Source of the DNA: a virus | Taxonomy: Duplodnaviria; Caudoviricetes | Strand: one strand, 5' to 3' | Length of the DNA: 40,863 nucleotides | IMG/VR virus record: IMGVR_UViG_3300030397_000743 | Location: 1-40,863 of that record | Shown: positions 17,636 through 27,000 of the stretch, piece by piece | Numbering within the stretch: the first letter of the stretch is position 1 | Layout of the letters: each line of letters opens with the position of its first letter | Position numbers and translations under genes: made by a program | Notes under the pieces: generated by a model | Told to the model about the DNA's origin: nothing | The model's database searches: none | What the model saw: the letters and a program-made list of their open reading frames with translations, nothing else

Positions 17636-18523
17636 ATGATCACCGCACAAATCAAGGTCAGCATCGCATCGCCCTCCTTACTGGAGCGCTTCCTATGGTT
17701 CTTCCGCAAGAAGAATTATCAATTGGCTATTCCACAAACGTGGTCAGAACTCCGGCCGAAACAAGTTGAAAAAGTAATGGCTGTGCTGATGAATCAGCAG
17801 GCTGACACCCCACAAGTGACCAGGGTAAAACTGTTGCAAGCATTACTCTCGGTACCGGAGTGGGTGTTCTTCCGTATTGCCCCCCTCGATATTGTTGAGA
17901 AGTTAGAAATGTGCGTGCTTTGGATGTTAGCCAAGCCGGTATCTGATCCCATCATCACCCAGGTGAGTGGGGGACGGTACCGGTGGCGGCTTCCGGCACC
18001 AGCTGCCAAGGATATGTCGATCGGGCAATACTTGCAGATTGAAAAGCAATGGGCCCAGTTAGCCACTAACGTCCAGGATAAAAATATTGATCGTTTGATT
18101 TCCTTTATCCTTCGCCGGGAAGATCAAGCCATCGAGCAAAGCAAGATGAAGACGGGTTTACTGCCTAACCTAAGTGATTACGCCATCACCGAACAGACCG
18201 AACAGGTTGCCCGATTGAAGGATGAATGGAAGTACTACGTACTGATGTACTGGACTGCTCAACGGGATAGCTTACGCGAAGAGTTTCCGGAGTTCTTCAG
18301 CAAGGGGAAATCAGATGATACTACACCCAAAGAAATCGACTGGGATGCCATCCCGGTTCGAATAGCGGAAACGCAAGTATTTGGTCCGGTTCATCAGGTA
18401 TTAGTTACCCCGGTGAGGAGTTACCTGGCCTGGGCCAATGCAAGACAAGAAGCGGACAAAGAGAAAGTCCAGCAATCCCTTCAGGAAACCATCCGGGCCA
18501 ATCACAATAAATTTCTGGCATGA
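17636..18523 (+). CDS. Putative tail assembly chaperone-like protein
   Basis: IPQTWSEL, DMSIGQY and ETQVFG motifs; first gene of the tail-end operon; ATG 17636 preferred. Confidence 0.5.
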   Translation: MITAQIKVSIASPSLLERFLWFFRKKNYQLAIPQTWSELRPKQVEKVMAVLMNQQADTPQVTRVKLLQALLSVPEWVFFRIAPLDIVEKLEMCVLWMLAKPVSDPIITQVSGGRYRWRLPAPAAKDMSIGQYLQIEKQWAQLATNVQDKNIDRLISFILRREDQAIEQSKMKTGLLPNLSDYAITEQTEQVARLKDEWKYYVLMYWTAQRDSLREEFPEFFSKGKSDDTTPKEIDWDAIPVRIAETQVFGPVHQVLVTPVRSYLAWANARQEADKEKVQQSLQETIRANHNKFLA

Positions 18524-19302
18524 GCAACATAACGACCACCCTCGCAGAATTACAAACCTACTTGCGCCACTTGGGAGATACCCATCCCGGCATCAAAGAG
18601 GTGATCATTGGAGACAGTGAACAGGTACTAAGCCTGGACCGCTCCAAGATGGAGTATCCCTTGTTATGGATTGAAACACCACGGGTCAGTTGGACTTTCC
18701 AGGACAACCCGCGCCGCCATTACGATCTTCATTTTGTAGTGTTGATCAACACTCCCGTCGATAATTGGCAGCATCAGCAATACATCCTACACAGAGCGCT
18801 ATTGATCACGGAACAAATACTGGTCAAGATCCGCGATGATCATGATGAGGATCTGGTGTTTGTTGAAGGTCGCCAAGCTGTAAGTGATGCGGTGTTGGGC
18901 TATGGCCATGATCATGACTACGGCTACCGAACATCATTGCGAATCAAAAGCCATATGGCCAGCTGTGCCAGTAGTTGTTACTGGCCGGATCCTTGCCCGG
19001 TGGGAGCCATGGCCCGCTTCCGGTGGACCAATGGGGTAGTGGGTGAATTATCCGATGTCCTATTTGAGGATACCAGCCTTCCATCTGACGAAGCATGGAC
19101 TACACTTTGGACTTGGCAGGTAGATAGCGGTGAGGTCAATCAATCATCTGATCCCCCCCCGCGAAACCTGGGGGGTAATTATGCCTTTGTTACGCTGACC
19201 ATCACGTTAGGGGAGTGCTCATTGACAGCGAGTGCATTGGTATTACCCGAACCTGCCTGCGGTGAAAGTGTGCCGTATCTCTTAGATCAAAATTATTGCT
19301 AA
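18520..19302 (+). CDS. Putative tail terminator/neck protein with C-terminal PKD/Ig-like domain
   Basis: EYPLLWIE beta-rich N-domain; C-terminal LFEDTS...WTWQV...YAFVTLTIT.G.CS PKD-like pattern. Confidence 0.5.
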   Translation: MSNITTTLAELQTYLRHLGDTHPGIKEVIIGDSEQVLSLDRSKMEYPLLWIETPRVSWTFQDNPRRHYDLHFVVLINTPVDNWQHQQYILHRALLITEQILVKIRDDHDEDLVFVEGRQAVSDAVLGYGHDHDYGYRTSLRIKSHMASCASSCYWPDPCPVGAMARFRWTNGVVGELSDVLFEDTSLPSDEAWTTLWTWQVDSGEVNQSSDPPPRNLGGNYAFVTLTITLGECSLTASALVLPEPACGESVPYLLDQNYC

Positions 19303-20885
19303 TGGCTATCATCAGTATTAATCAACCGGAAACGGTAAGCATGGCCCGTCAGCCGATCCACTTAGGGCTGACCTCCAACTTACCGGTAGAAGAACACACC
19401 ATCAACCGCCTACGCTGGAACGTATCCGGTGATCCAACTGTAGGGGAGACTATCACACTAACCTACGGAGATGTGTCTGAAACCCTGGAAGTGTTGGCGG
19501 TCGCTGATGATTCAGGTACTACGATTGGACAACAAGGGGCCTCATCCCTGGCTACTTATGCCAACCGATTAGTGGAAGAGTTGCAGCAAAATTATGCGTT
19601 GTTCCTGGCTTTCAATATTTACTATGAAAATCAGGGCAGCAATCATTACATTCAATTTGCCCCAAGGGAAGACCGCACCCTGGATTGGAGTTTCACCGGT
19701 TCCTTGTCAAATATTACGGTAGATATTGTTACATCGAGCAATGCTGCCTACCAACCCAATCCAGGGCTGGTGGTTGTGGTGGAAGTATATGATCCGTATA
19801 CGGATGATTATGGCACCCCCATTCAACATGATCTTCCGCTATTAGCTACTGGGGAGGAGGTGCTGTTTGATCTGCACAAGGATTTTAACATGCGGCATCA
19901 TTTACCTCCGGTCAATACCATTGGGGCGGCGGGAACTTACTTCACCATTTGCACCGATAACATCCGTCGCTACCGGTTTCGGTATGCAGAAAAATCAGGC
20001 CGACCGGCACGGGTGAAAGTATTGAAAGATATCAAAGCCGATTTTTATGCACTGCATGGAGTCAATAGCTTTGCTTCTCAATATGCCAGCTTCTGGACGT
20101 TCTGGGAAAGTAACGGCCGCTTTCTTAGCAATCAATCATCTAGCAAAACAATCAGCATTGATCAGCCGGAGTGGCTGTACTGGATGGGCCGAGCCTTTGG
20201 TAAACTGGATATCTTCGTGACCGCCACCCACCGCAGTGGAGTTATCACGACCTACGAGCGGCCAGGCTTGACGGCACAACTGGGGCAGGTCTACGCGATC
20301 AAAGCAGGCTTCCAGCAATTAAATCTACCCATTGTAGAGGATGACCCTATTATCAATTACCGGGTTGAATTGATCAACAATGTAAGCTCTTCCGTTAGCG
20401 AATCCGTACTCTATACCATCACCGGCGTTTGTGGTGAATATGAGCGCTTTTTCTTATTCGGTAACAGCCTGGGAGGATGTGATACGGTGCGCGCCACGGG
20501 TAAATTTATTGCCCACCTGGATACCGTTGGTCAGGATGCCCAGCGTATTGTCACCGAAGACACCATTAATGAAGGGCGAGGTGCCGACTTCCAGTACAAT
20601 GTCCGGGGCCGCAACGCCTTTGAAGGAAGTGTTGGCTATCGGTCTGCTTCCTACATTGCCTACCTCCAGGAACTGCTACTGAGCCCGGAGGCCTGGATCA
20701 TTGATGTGCAGAATTTGCGCTTCAATCCTATCCTTATCGATCGCGGCACCATTGAAGTGATCAAGGATTCGGAAGATCTCTTCACGCTGCGCTTCCGTTA
20801 TCGCCATGCCTGGGAAGAAAAGGGGCTGGGTGTATCAGAGGATGGCCAGCGGATTCAATTACCACCATCGTTTCAACTGGATTAA
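19296..20885 (+). CDS. Tail/baseplate structural protein (529 aa)
   Basis: Beta-rich; C-terminal FLFGNSLGGCDTVRATG...LQELLLSP pattern; tail operon context. Confidence 0.6.
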   Translation: MLMAIISINQPETVSMARQPIHLGLTSNLPVEEHTINRLRWNVSGDPTVGETITLTYGDVSETLEVLAVADDSGTTIGQQGASSLATYANRLVEELQQNYALFLAFNIYYENQGSNHYIQFAPREDRTLDWSFTGSLSNITVDIVTSSNAAYQPNPGLVVVVEVYDPYTDDYGTPIQHDLPLLATGEEVLFDLHKDFNMRHHLPPVNTIGAAGTYFTICTDNIRRYRFRYAEKSGRPARVKVLKDIKADFYALHGVNSFASQYASFWTFWESNGRFLSNQSSSKTISIDQPEWLYWMGRAFGKLDIFVTATHRSGVITTYERPGLTAQLGQVYAIKAGFQQLNLPIVEDDPIINYRVELINNVSSSVSESVLYTITGVCGEYERFFLFGNSLGGCDTVRATGKFIAHLDTVGQDAQRIVTEDTINEGRGADFQYNVRGRNAFEGSVGYRSASYIAYLQELLLSPEAWIIDVQNLRFNPILIDRGTIEVIKDSEDLFTLRFRYRHAWEEKGLGVSEDGQRIQLPPSFQLD

Positions 20886-20887
20886 TT

Positions 20888-22750
20888 ATGAGGCTACGTA
20901 TCGGTAAAAACGGACAGTACCTAGACCTTCGCCGGGGAACCAGCGTTCAGCTTGATATGACCTCCCCGCTTTACTTTGCGGAGAATAGGGGTAGTGTGTT
21001 TCCAAGTGTTAAAACGTACTCCTTTGGTGTACCGGATACCGCCCACAATCGGCTGATGTTGAACCGGCCTGCGGAACTGGATAACCCTACACCATTCATT
21101 GATGAATCAGGCTGGGTCATTGAGTTTGACGGATACATTATTCTGGAAGGAAAACTTGAGGTAGAAGATGGGGTACACGAAAGCGATATAAAAATCACCT
21201 TCATCGGGGGCTTGGCTGGTAACCTGGAAGCCCTGAAAACTTTGAATCTTAGAGACCTGCCATTGTCATCCATCAGTTTAGGGTCGACCCCCGCCGAAGC
21301 CCTGACTACCTTGGCCGAATGGGTGGATGATACCGAAGCCGACTATGTACTTCCAATGATCCGGGTAAATGCTACGGGGGAGCTACAGGATAACACGGAT
21401 GATGATACCGACAATCCGACGCCAACTGTATACACCTTCCTGAATTACTACCGGGCAGGGGCTTTCTTATTATCCGATGATGATCAAGCGTTCCCGTCAC
21501 CCGGCGACAGTTTCCCCTTTGAATCGACCATGGCCCCCATGCCGTGGCTGCGGGATATCCTGGAGCTGGCTTTGGCTCAGGTTCAGTATTCATTATCCGG
21601 CGTATTCGATAGCCACACATTAGCCGACGAACTCAACAAGCTGATCATCTTCAGCAACTACACACTAGATGAGCAGGTCAGCCAACCGAGCACCGGTGAT
21701 CTATCTTTTGAAAATGTGGCCATCAATACTACCTATCATCCAGCTCGCAGCCTTCCGAATATCAAAGCGGCTGATTTGATCAAAGCCATTTGCAATCTCT
21801 TTTGTTTGGCACCGGTGCTGGATGCTACCGGCAGCCGGCTGATATTGGTAGCCTGTCCGGATACCCTTGATCCTTTGCCATCCAAGAACTGGACGGCTAA
21901 AGTAGATCCCCGGTTTCTCCGTGGCCGACCGCTGGAAGATATCCCGCAGGAATTCAGATATGAAGACCCTAGTGAAGGATACAGCAGCAGCAGAACCCGG
22001 TTATTCAGATTGTCGGAGGTAGACTATTCGTTTGAAACGGCAGCTGATGCAGAGGCAGCCTTGACGGTGGATGATGAATTCCTACTCATCTATATCGCAG
22101 AGCTCAATGAATTCTTCTACACCCGTAAGGCGACATTAAACAGCGGCCCGGATGTGATCGAGTATTTGTTCCTGTTTCCCAGGGGGAAAGATTTAGGGGT
22201 CATCAATGAAGGCGGGGTTCCCAGCTATTCGCCCAACTGCACCACCTTGCACACCATTACCCGGACGGACATCAACGGATCACCAACTGGGGAGGTACTA
22301 TTCTATAATGGCTCTGATGTAGCGGATGGCCCTCGGTTAAGTACCGCTTTTTACGGAGACTTACAAACGCCTTTGCAAGAGGGGAGTCCTCTGGAAGAGT
22401 TGATCTTTTTGCTGTATCGCGGATTGGTGACCGCCAGAGACGGCGACAAAGTACCCCATGCTGGTTCAGGCCTCTATAATTATAATGGTTCTCAGATCGG
22501 TCAAATGTCATTACACTGGTCGGGAAATTTCGGATTGTATGAAAAGTGGTGGCGCAAATGGATGGAAGCATTACAGGCTATGCGGCCCGTCAGTTACCCG
22601 ACTCGCCTTACTGCTATTGATCTTTCGCAGTTGGATTGGACCAAGAAAGTGTTGATCGACAAGCACCCGTATTTCATCAAAAAAATTCAGGTCACATTGA
22701 CCACGGATACGATCTTATCAGCCAATGTGGAATACATGCAAATAAATTAA
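20888..22750 (+). CDS. Tail tip/baseplate hub-like protein (620 aa)
   Basis: N-terminal YLDL..GTSVQL.MTSP...TYSF.VP.T.HN; LPNIKAADLIKAI; C-terminal KVLIDKHPYFIKKI. Confidence 0.6.
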   Translation: MRLRIGKNGQYLDLRRGTSVQLDMTSPLYFAENRGSVFPSVKTYSFGVPDTAHNRLMLNRPAELDNPTPFIDESGWVIEFDGYIILEGKLEVEDGVHESDIKITFIGGLAGNLEALKTLNLRDLPLSSISLGSTPAEALTTLAEWVDDTEADYVLPMIRVNATGELQDNTDDDTDNPTPTVYTFLNYYRAGAFLLSDDDQAFPSPGDSFPFESTMAPMPWLRDILELALAQVQYSLSGVFDSHTLADELNKLIIFSNYTLDEQVSQPSTGDLSFENVAINTTYHPARSLPNIKAADLIKAICNLFCLAPVLDATGSRLILVACPDTLDPLPSKNWTAKVDPRFLRGRPLEDIPQEFRYEDPSEGYSSSRTRLFRLSEVDYSFETAADAEAALTVDDEFLLIYIAELNEFFYTRKATLNSGPDVIEYLFLFPRGKDLGVINEGGVPSYSPNCTTLHTITRTDINGSPTGEVLFYNGSDVADGPRLSTAFYGDLQTPLQEGSPLEELIFLLYRGLVTARDGDKVPHAGSGLYNYNGSQIGQMSLHWSGNFGLYEKWWRKWMEALQAMRPVSYPTRLTAIDLSQLDWTKKVLIDKHPYFIKKIQVTLTTDTILSANVEYMQIN

Positions 22751-22756
22751 AATTCA

Positions 22757-22788
22757 CTTGCGAAATTCATTATCTAATTGTATATTTG
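22757..22788 (+). promoter_or_regulatory. Host primary-sigma promoter (Bacteroidota type)
   Basis: CTTG-20 nt-TATATTTG; exact TAnnTTTG -7 element. Confidence 0.75.
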
Positions 22789-22793
22789 ATAAC

Positions 22794-22956
22794 GAAGAAA
22801 CCGATACCATTTTCAATTCATTTCTACCTCAAATGTCAATTACTTTAATTCAAGATTAGGAGCCAAGGCAGGAAACTAGAAAGGGTGGTACCTTTCGGGT
22901 TTACTCCGTATCTCATTTGAGGTAAATGGTAGGTTTCTTCACCTGCTTTGGTCTCC
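22794..22956 (+). ncRNA. Candidate regulatory RNA with interleaved pairings (C4/CI-like architecture)
   Basis: 22794-22835 is complementary to 22914-22940; 22859-22872 is complementary to 22942-22956. Confidence 0.55.
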
Positions 22957-23046
22957 GTTATTTTTCCTCCATCCATCTATTCCATCTCATTCTGAGGGCT
23001 TCAATCGCATTGATTGAACGCATGATATTTCATCCTGCTTTGTCAA

Positions 23047-23081
23047 CCGGAAGCTGGTGTCGCGCTGGCTTCCGGGTTTTT
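23047..23081 (+). terminator. Intrinsic terminator within the leader
   Basis: CCGGAAGCTGGTG-TCG-CGCTGGCTTCCGG followed by GTTTTT. Confidence 0.6.
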
Positions 23082-23225
23082 GAAAAAACGTGTCAGTTTT
23101 TGAAAATACCCTGATTCCAGGGTCGTAACAGTTTTTAAAAATATTCAAGCCCCGTAAAGCTTGGAGGCCCGGAATAGGGTAAAGAGGGATAGGGGGTATT
23201 TTGGAAAAACAGTCGAATAATCGAA

Positions 23226-23993
23226 ATGGTACTAACGAGACTTGGAAATAAAAAATCAGTTGCATCGGACATTTACCGGTACTTCCGTCCTCATCGAATG
23301 CGGATCACCCTGTTCTTTGGTGCCGGTGGACTTTGGTTTAATACTCCACGTGCTCAGTACAATGTCATTAATGACCTGGACGACAATATCACGAATCTAT
23401 TCTTGGTCATCACGGAGCAGCCAGATGAGTTGATCGATGCGCTGTTGTCAATGCCAGTATCGGATACTTTGCTAAAGAAGTGGAGAGCGGAGCAGCCAGA
23501 GGAACCCGTATTAAAAGCAGTTAGTTTTTTGCTTGCATCAAACTTCACCTACTTGGGGAAAGGTGATAGCATCCGGTACAGCGTCGGAAATGAAAAGGCG
23601 GTATTGGTAAAGAGAATCCATGAATGCCGGTTGCGGCTTGGTGACTCCAGGATAATGTGCACCGACTTTCGCGAAGTACTTCCAAAAGTTTCATTTAGCC
23701 ACAAGGTAGCAGCAAAAGAAGATTCCTTCATTTACTTGGACCCCTGCTATTTAGATACATCAAGCACTTACAAAGTACCCAAGTGGACCAAGGAAGACAC
23801 ATTTGATTGCTTTGAGATCATGGACAAAGAAGGAGTTCCTGCAGCAATGAGTGAATTTGATCACCCCTATGTGATGGAGCAGGCTTTAAGCCGTGGATTT
23901 ACTGTAATACCGATCAAGAATCGGAGGAACATCAAAGGCAGAAGCAACGAAATTTTAATAACCAATTACAAGCCGCAAGGCCTGTTATTCTAA
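23226..23993 (+). CDS. DNA N6-adenine methyltransferase (Dam/D12 class)
   Basis: LGNKK, LFFGAGG (motif I), VINDLD, FIYLDPCY (motif IV variant), EILITNY. Confidence 0.85.
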   Translation: MVLTRLGNKKSVASDIYRYFRPHRMRITLFFGAGGLWFNTPRAQYNVINDLDDNITNLFLVITEQPDELIDALLSMPVSDTLLKKWRAEQPEEPVLKAVSFLLASNFTYLGKGDSIRYSVGNEKAVLVKRIHECRLRLGDSRIMCTDFREVLPKVSFSHKVAAKEDSFIYLDPCYLDTSSTYKVPKWTKEDTFDCFEIMDKEGVPAAMSEFDHPYVMEQALSRGFTVIPIKNRRNIKGRSNEILITNYKPQGLLF

Positions 23994-24003
23994 AACGAGC
24001 GTC

Positions 24004-24558
24004 ATGCAAGTAAGACGACTACGAAAAATATTGAACACCACTCGCCCAATTGCGGACTTTGGAAATTATATCGCCGTAGGTTCTCCGATGTGCCACGATT
24101 TAATCTCGGTTGACAAAAAGACTATGCGGATTAGTTATGCGCTAGATACGTTTCGCAAGGGACGCCCTTCGGTTGACAACAAGGACGACTTGGGAGGCAT
24201 TTGGGATCAATTGCAAAAGCTAATCGATTCGGGCATTTTGGCTGAAATCATTGCAAACGACGATCCGATAACTGATAGCTGCGTAAAGGTTTATACCTAC
24301 AGGGGTGGAAAGGTGATTGAGAAATACGCCTACGAATTTGGATGGCCAAACTCTACCGTTGACGGTGAAATGATGTATAAAAACACGCACTTCTTAACCT
24401 TTGATGATGCCACTCAACGTGGTATAAATGAAGAAACCGCAGCTGTTAACTCGTTAGACCGTCGCTTAAAGGAATTAGAAGAGAGGAAGCGAAAAGCTTT
24501 TGAAGAACTTAGAGTGTGCCAAGAGAATCTGAAATCAATTCAATCACTTATCAAATAA
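24004..24558 (+). CDS. Hypothetical protein with C-terminal coiled coil (184 aa)
   Basis: Closely packed ORF in the cassette array. Confidence 0.75.
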   Translation: MQVRRLRKILNTTRPIADFGNYIAVGSPMCHDLISVDKKTMRISYALDTFRKGRPSVDNKDDLGGIWDQLQKLIDSGILAEIIANDDPITDSCVKVYTYRGGKVIEKYAYEFGWPNSTVDGEMMYKNTHFLTFDDATQRGINEETAAVNSLDRRLKELEERKRKAFEELRVCQENLKSIQSLIK

Positions 24559-24570
24559 ACCAGCGACAAG

Positions 24571-24717
24571 ATGAAAGCTAAAGCAATTCTTTGTGTACTG
24601 GCCTCGATAGCTGCCTTTTTGGTGGAGGGTGTTACATCATCATTAGCCTTTGGGATAGTCGCCGGTTACACCTTGGGCGATTTAATTGACTTCATCATTT
24701 CAATCTTCAAAAAATAG
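24571..24717 (+). CDS. Small hydrophobic membrane peptide (48 aa)
   Basis: MKAKAILCVLASIAAFLVEGVTSSLAFGIVAGYTLGDLIDFIISIFKK; fills the gap between neighbours; below the track cutoff. Confidence 0.6.
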   Translation: MKAKAILCVLASIAAFLVEGVTSSLAFGIVAGYTLGDLIDFIISIFKK

Positions 24718-24775
24718 AGCGGTTCCCCGGAGCGATCCGGGCCGCTTTCACAAACAGTCGAATAATCAGAACATC

Positions 24776-26407
24776 ATGGCAAGGAAAAATTCATACATAA
24801 CAGCCACCGATCAGTTTTGTGGTGCCGGTGGCAGCACCTCTGGTGCAAAAAAAGCCGGTGTTGAAGTTAAGATGGCACTTAACCATTGGAGCCTAGCCAT
24901 TGAGACGCATAATACTAACCACCCCGAAACCGACCACGATTGTACCGATGTGCAGGCTTGTGATCCTCGACGTTACCCTAGCACGGACATTCTCATAACT
25001 TCTCCTGAGTGCACTAACCACAGCCTCGCAAAGGGAGTAAAGCGACGCCAGCGAAACCAGCTAGATATATGGGGTCAGAACAACATACTACCTGAAGCTG
25101 AGCGAAGTAGAGCGACTATGTGGGATGTACCACGCTTTGCGGAGTATCACGATTACAATGTTGTTATTGTCGAAAATGTAGTAGATGCGCGTTATTGGCG
25201 AATGTGGGACGCTTGGCTGATGGCTATGCACTCATTGGGATACAAGCATAAGTGCTGCTACCTCAATTCAATGTTCTTTCATCCTTGCCCACAGAGCCGT
25301 GACCGAATGTATGTGGTATTCTGGAAGAAAGGGAATCCTGCACCAGATTTGGAATACCGACCAACAGCCCCATGTCCAACCTGTGGCGATAAAGAGGCTT
25401 TTCAATCATGGAAGCGAACGGATAAGAAGTGGGGGAAGTATAAGCAGCAGTACGTTTACCGATGTTCTGGATGTAATGACATTGTTACTCCCTATTTCTA
25501 TTGCGCAATGAATGTGGTAGACTGGACTGTACCTATTACTCGCATTGGAGATCGCAAAAAGCCATTAGCAGAAAAGACCATGCAGCGAATTCGTTATGGA
25601 TTAGAAAAGTATGCTGGTCGTCAGATGATTGTCACAGGCAGGTATACCTCCGGAATAGGATGTAGGGTGAAAACAGCAGACAATCACCCTTTACCTACAC
25701 AGCCAGGAGACCAGAGTCACTTCCTCCTTAGCTGTGTACAAGTAGGGAGAACTGCATACAACCATAGCGGCCAATCAGCAGACTTCCCAATGAGTACACA
25801 GACCGGCCGCCAAGATGCTTACTTGGTTGTACCTGGTTCCTCGATCGTGGAGCTCAGGAATACAAGTAAGGCCCGTGGTACAGATGAAGCACTAGCTACA
25901 CTTACGGCTGGTGGGTTCAACCATGCTTTATTGGTCCGCAATAATCATGCGAACATTCCCAAGGATTTATCTAGTGCCATTGGAGCTCAGGCTACTGCCG
26001 CACAACACGGACTGTTACTTAGTGGCCATTATCCCGGATGGGTTCGAACCCTAGATAAGCCAGCCGGTACGTTTACCACTACGACACCTCAAGCAATTCT
26101 CACAGGTGGCAACTTATCCGCATTCCTCAGCTATTACTACGGATCAAATAACACCAGCTCCGTGGCTGATGCGATCCATACAGTTACTACCCACGATCGA
26201 GCAGCACTAAACGTGCCGGCCACTAATCCGGAGGACTGTTATTACCGCTGTCTAAAAGCTCACGAAGTCCAACGAGCAATGAGCTTTGCAGATGATTATA
26301 TCGTCTTGGGAACCGCAAAACAGAAGGTAAAACAGTTAGGGAATGCGGTCACTCCACCAGTTATGGAGTGGTTGGTCCAGCAAGCAGTTAATTCACTTAC
26401 AAAATAA
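24776..26407 (+). CDS. DNA cytosine-C5 methyltransferase
   Basis: DQFCGAGG (I), SPECTNHS (IV), VENV (VI), QSRDR (VIII), QLGNAVTP (X); ATG 24776. Confidence 0.93.
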   Translation: MARKNSYITATDQFCGAGGSTSGAKKAGVEVKMALNHWSLAIETHNTNHPETDHDCTDVQACDPRRYPSTDILITSPECTNHSLAKGVKRRQRNQLDIWGQNNILPEAERSRATMWDVPRFAEYHDYNVVIVENVVDARYWRMWDAWLMAMHSLGYKHKCCYLNSMFFHPCPQSRDRMYVVFWKKGNPAPDLEYRPTAPCPTCGDKEAFQSWKRTDKKWGKYKQQYVYRCSGCNDIVTPYFYCAMNVVDWTVPITRIGDRKKPLAEKTMQRIRYGLEKYAGRQMIVTGRYTSGIGCRVKTADNHPLPTQPGDQSHFLLSCVQVGRTAYNHSGQSADFPMSTQTGRQDAYLVVPGSSIVELRNTSKARGTDEALATLTAGGFNHALLVRNNHANIPKDLSSAIGAQATAAQHGLLLSGHYPGWVRTLDKPAGTFTTTTPQAILTGGNLSAFLSYYYGSNNTSSVADAIHTVTTHDRAALNVPATNPEDCYYRCLKAHEVQRAMSFADDYIVLGTAKQKVKQLGNAVTPPVMEWLVQQAVNSLTK

Positions 26408-26416
26408 GGAGCAATT

Positions 26417-26548
26417 ATGCACATCAAATTAACCAAACAATGGACTCTCCATTTTGAAAAATTCAGGATATACCCTTGGTGGTGTTGGGGGGCGGAAGGT
26501 TGGGATATAGGGTTCCTGTTTTTTAACCTCCACCAGGAGATCAAATAA
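26417..26548 (+). CDS. Small Trp-rich hypothetical protein (43 aa)
   Basis: MHIKLTKQWTLHFEKFRIYPWWCWG...; bounded by the junction motif on both sides. Confidence 0.55.
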   Translation: MHIKLTKQWTLHFEKFRIYPWWCWGAEGWDIGFLFFNLHQEIK

Positions 26549-26559
26549 CCAGCGTAGCA

Positions 26560-26757
26560 ATGAACCCGAATAAAGAACAAAAAAGGATTTGCGATAACTG
26601 CCAACATTGTGTTGTTTACATGGGATCAAGAGAACCCGACGACCCACCTAATCAATATTGCGACTTAGGCCACTTTGAGAACGCTTGGCCGGGTGTTGAT
26701 TATGAAGAGGGTGAAGATATGGCCATAGATTGCGAAGATTTTAAACTATCAAAATAA
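26560..26757 (+). CDS. Small Cys-containing protein (65 aa)
   Basis: CDNCQHC...C...C pattern, possibly metal binding. Confidence 0.65.
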   Translation: MNPNKEQKRICDNCQHCVVYMGSREPDDPPNQYCDLGHFENAWPGVDYEEGEDMAIDCEDFKLSK

Positions 26758-26767
26758 GGAGCGAATC

Positions 26768-26989
26768 ATGACAAAATACCAGCGACTAAAAGAAGCAGTT
26801 ATAAATCACCCTTGGGTGCAATCTGTAGAGCCTCACACTCATCAAGGCGAAGCCTATTTGAAGATTGAGTTACTAGATGAATGCGACTCCCAAGATCGTG
26901 ACGAACTGATTTATAAAGCTGAGGAAATAGGAAGTAGTACGCTTATTCCCTCGGATCGGGACACGGAATTTATTTTCAAATACGAATAA
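26768..26989 (+). CDS. Hypothetical protein (73 aa)
   Basis: Closely packed ORF in the array. Confidence 0.65.
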   Translation: MTKYQRLKEAVINHPWVQSVEPHTHQGEAYLKIELLDECDSQDRDELIYKAEEIGSSTLIPSDRDTEFIFKYE

Positions 26990-27000
26990 AGGAGCCTATC

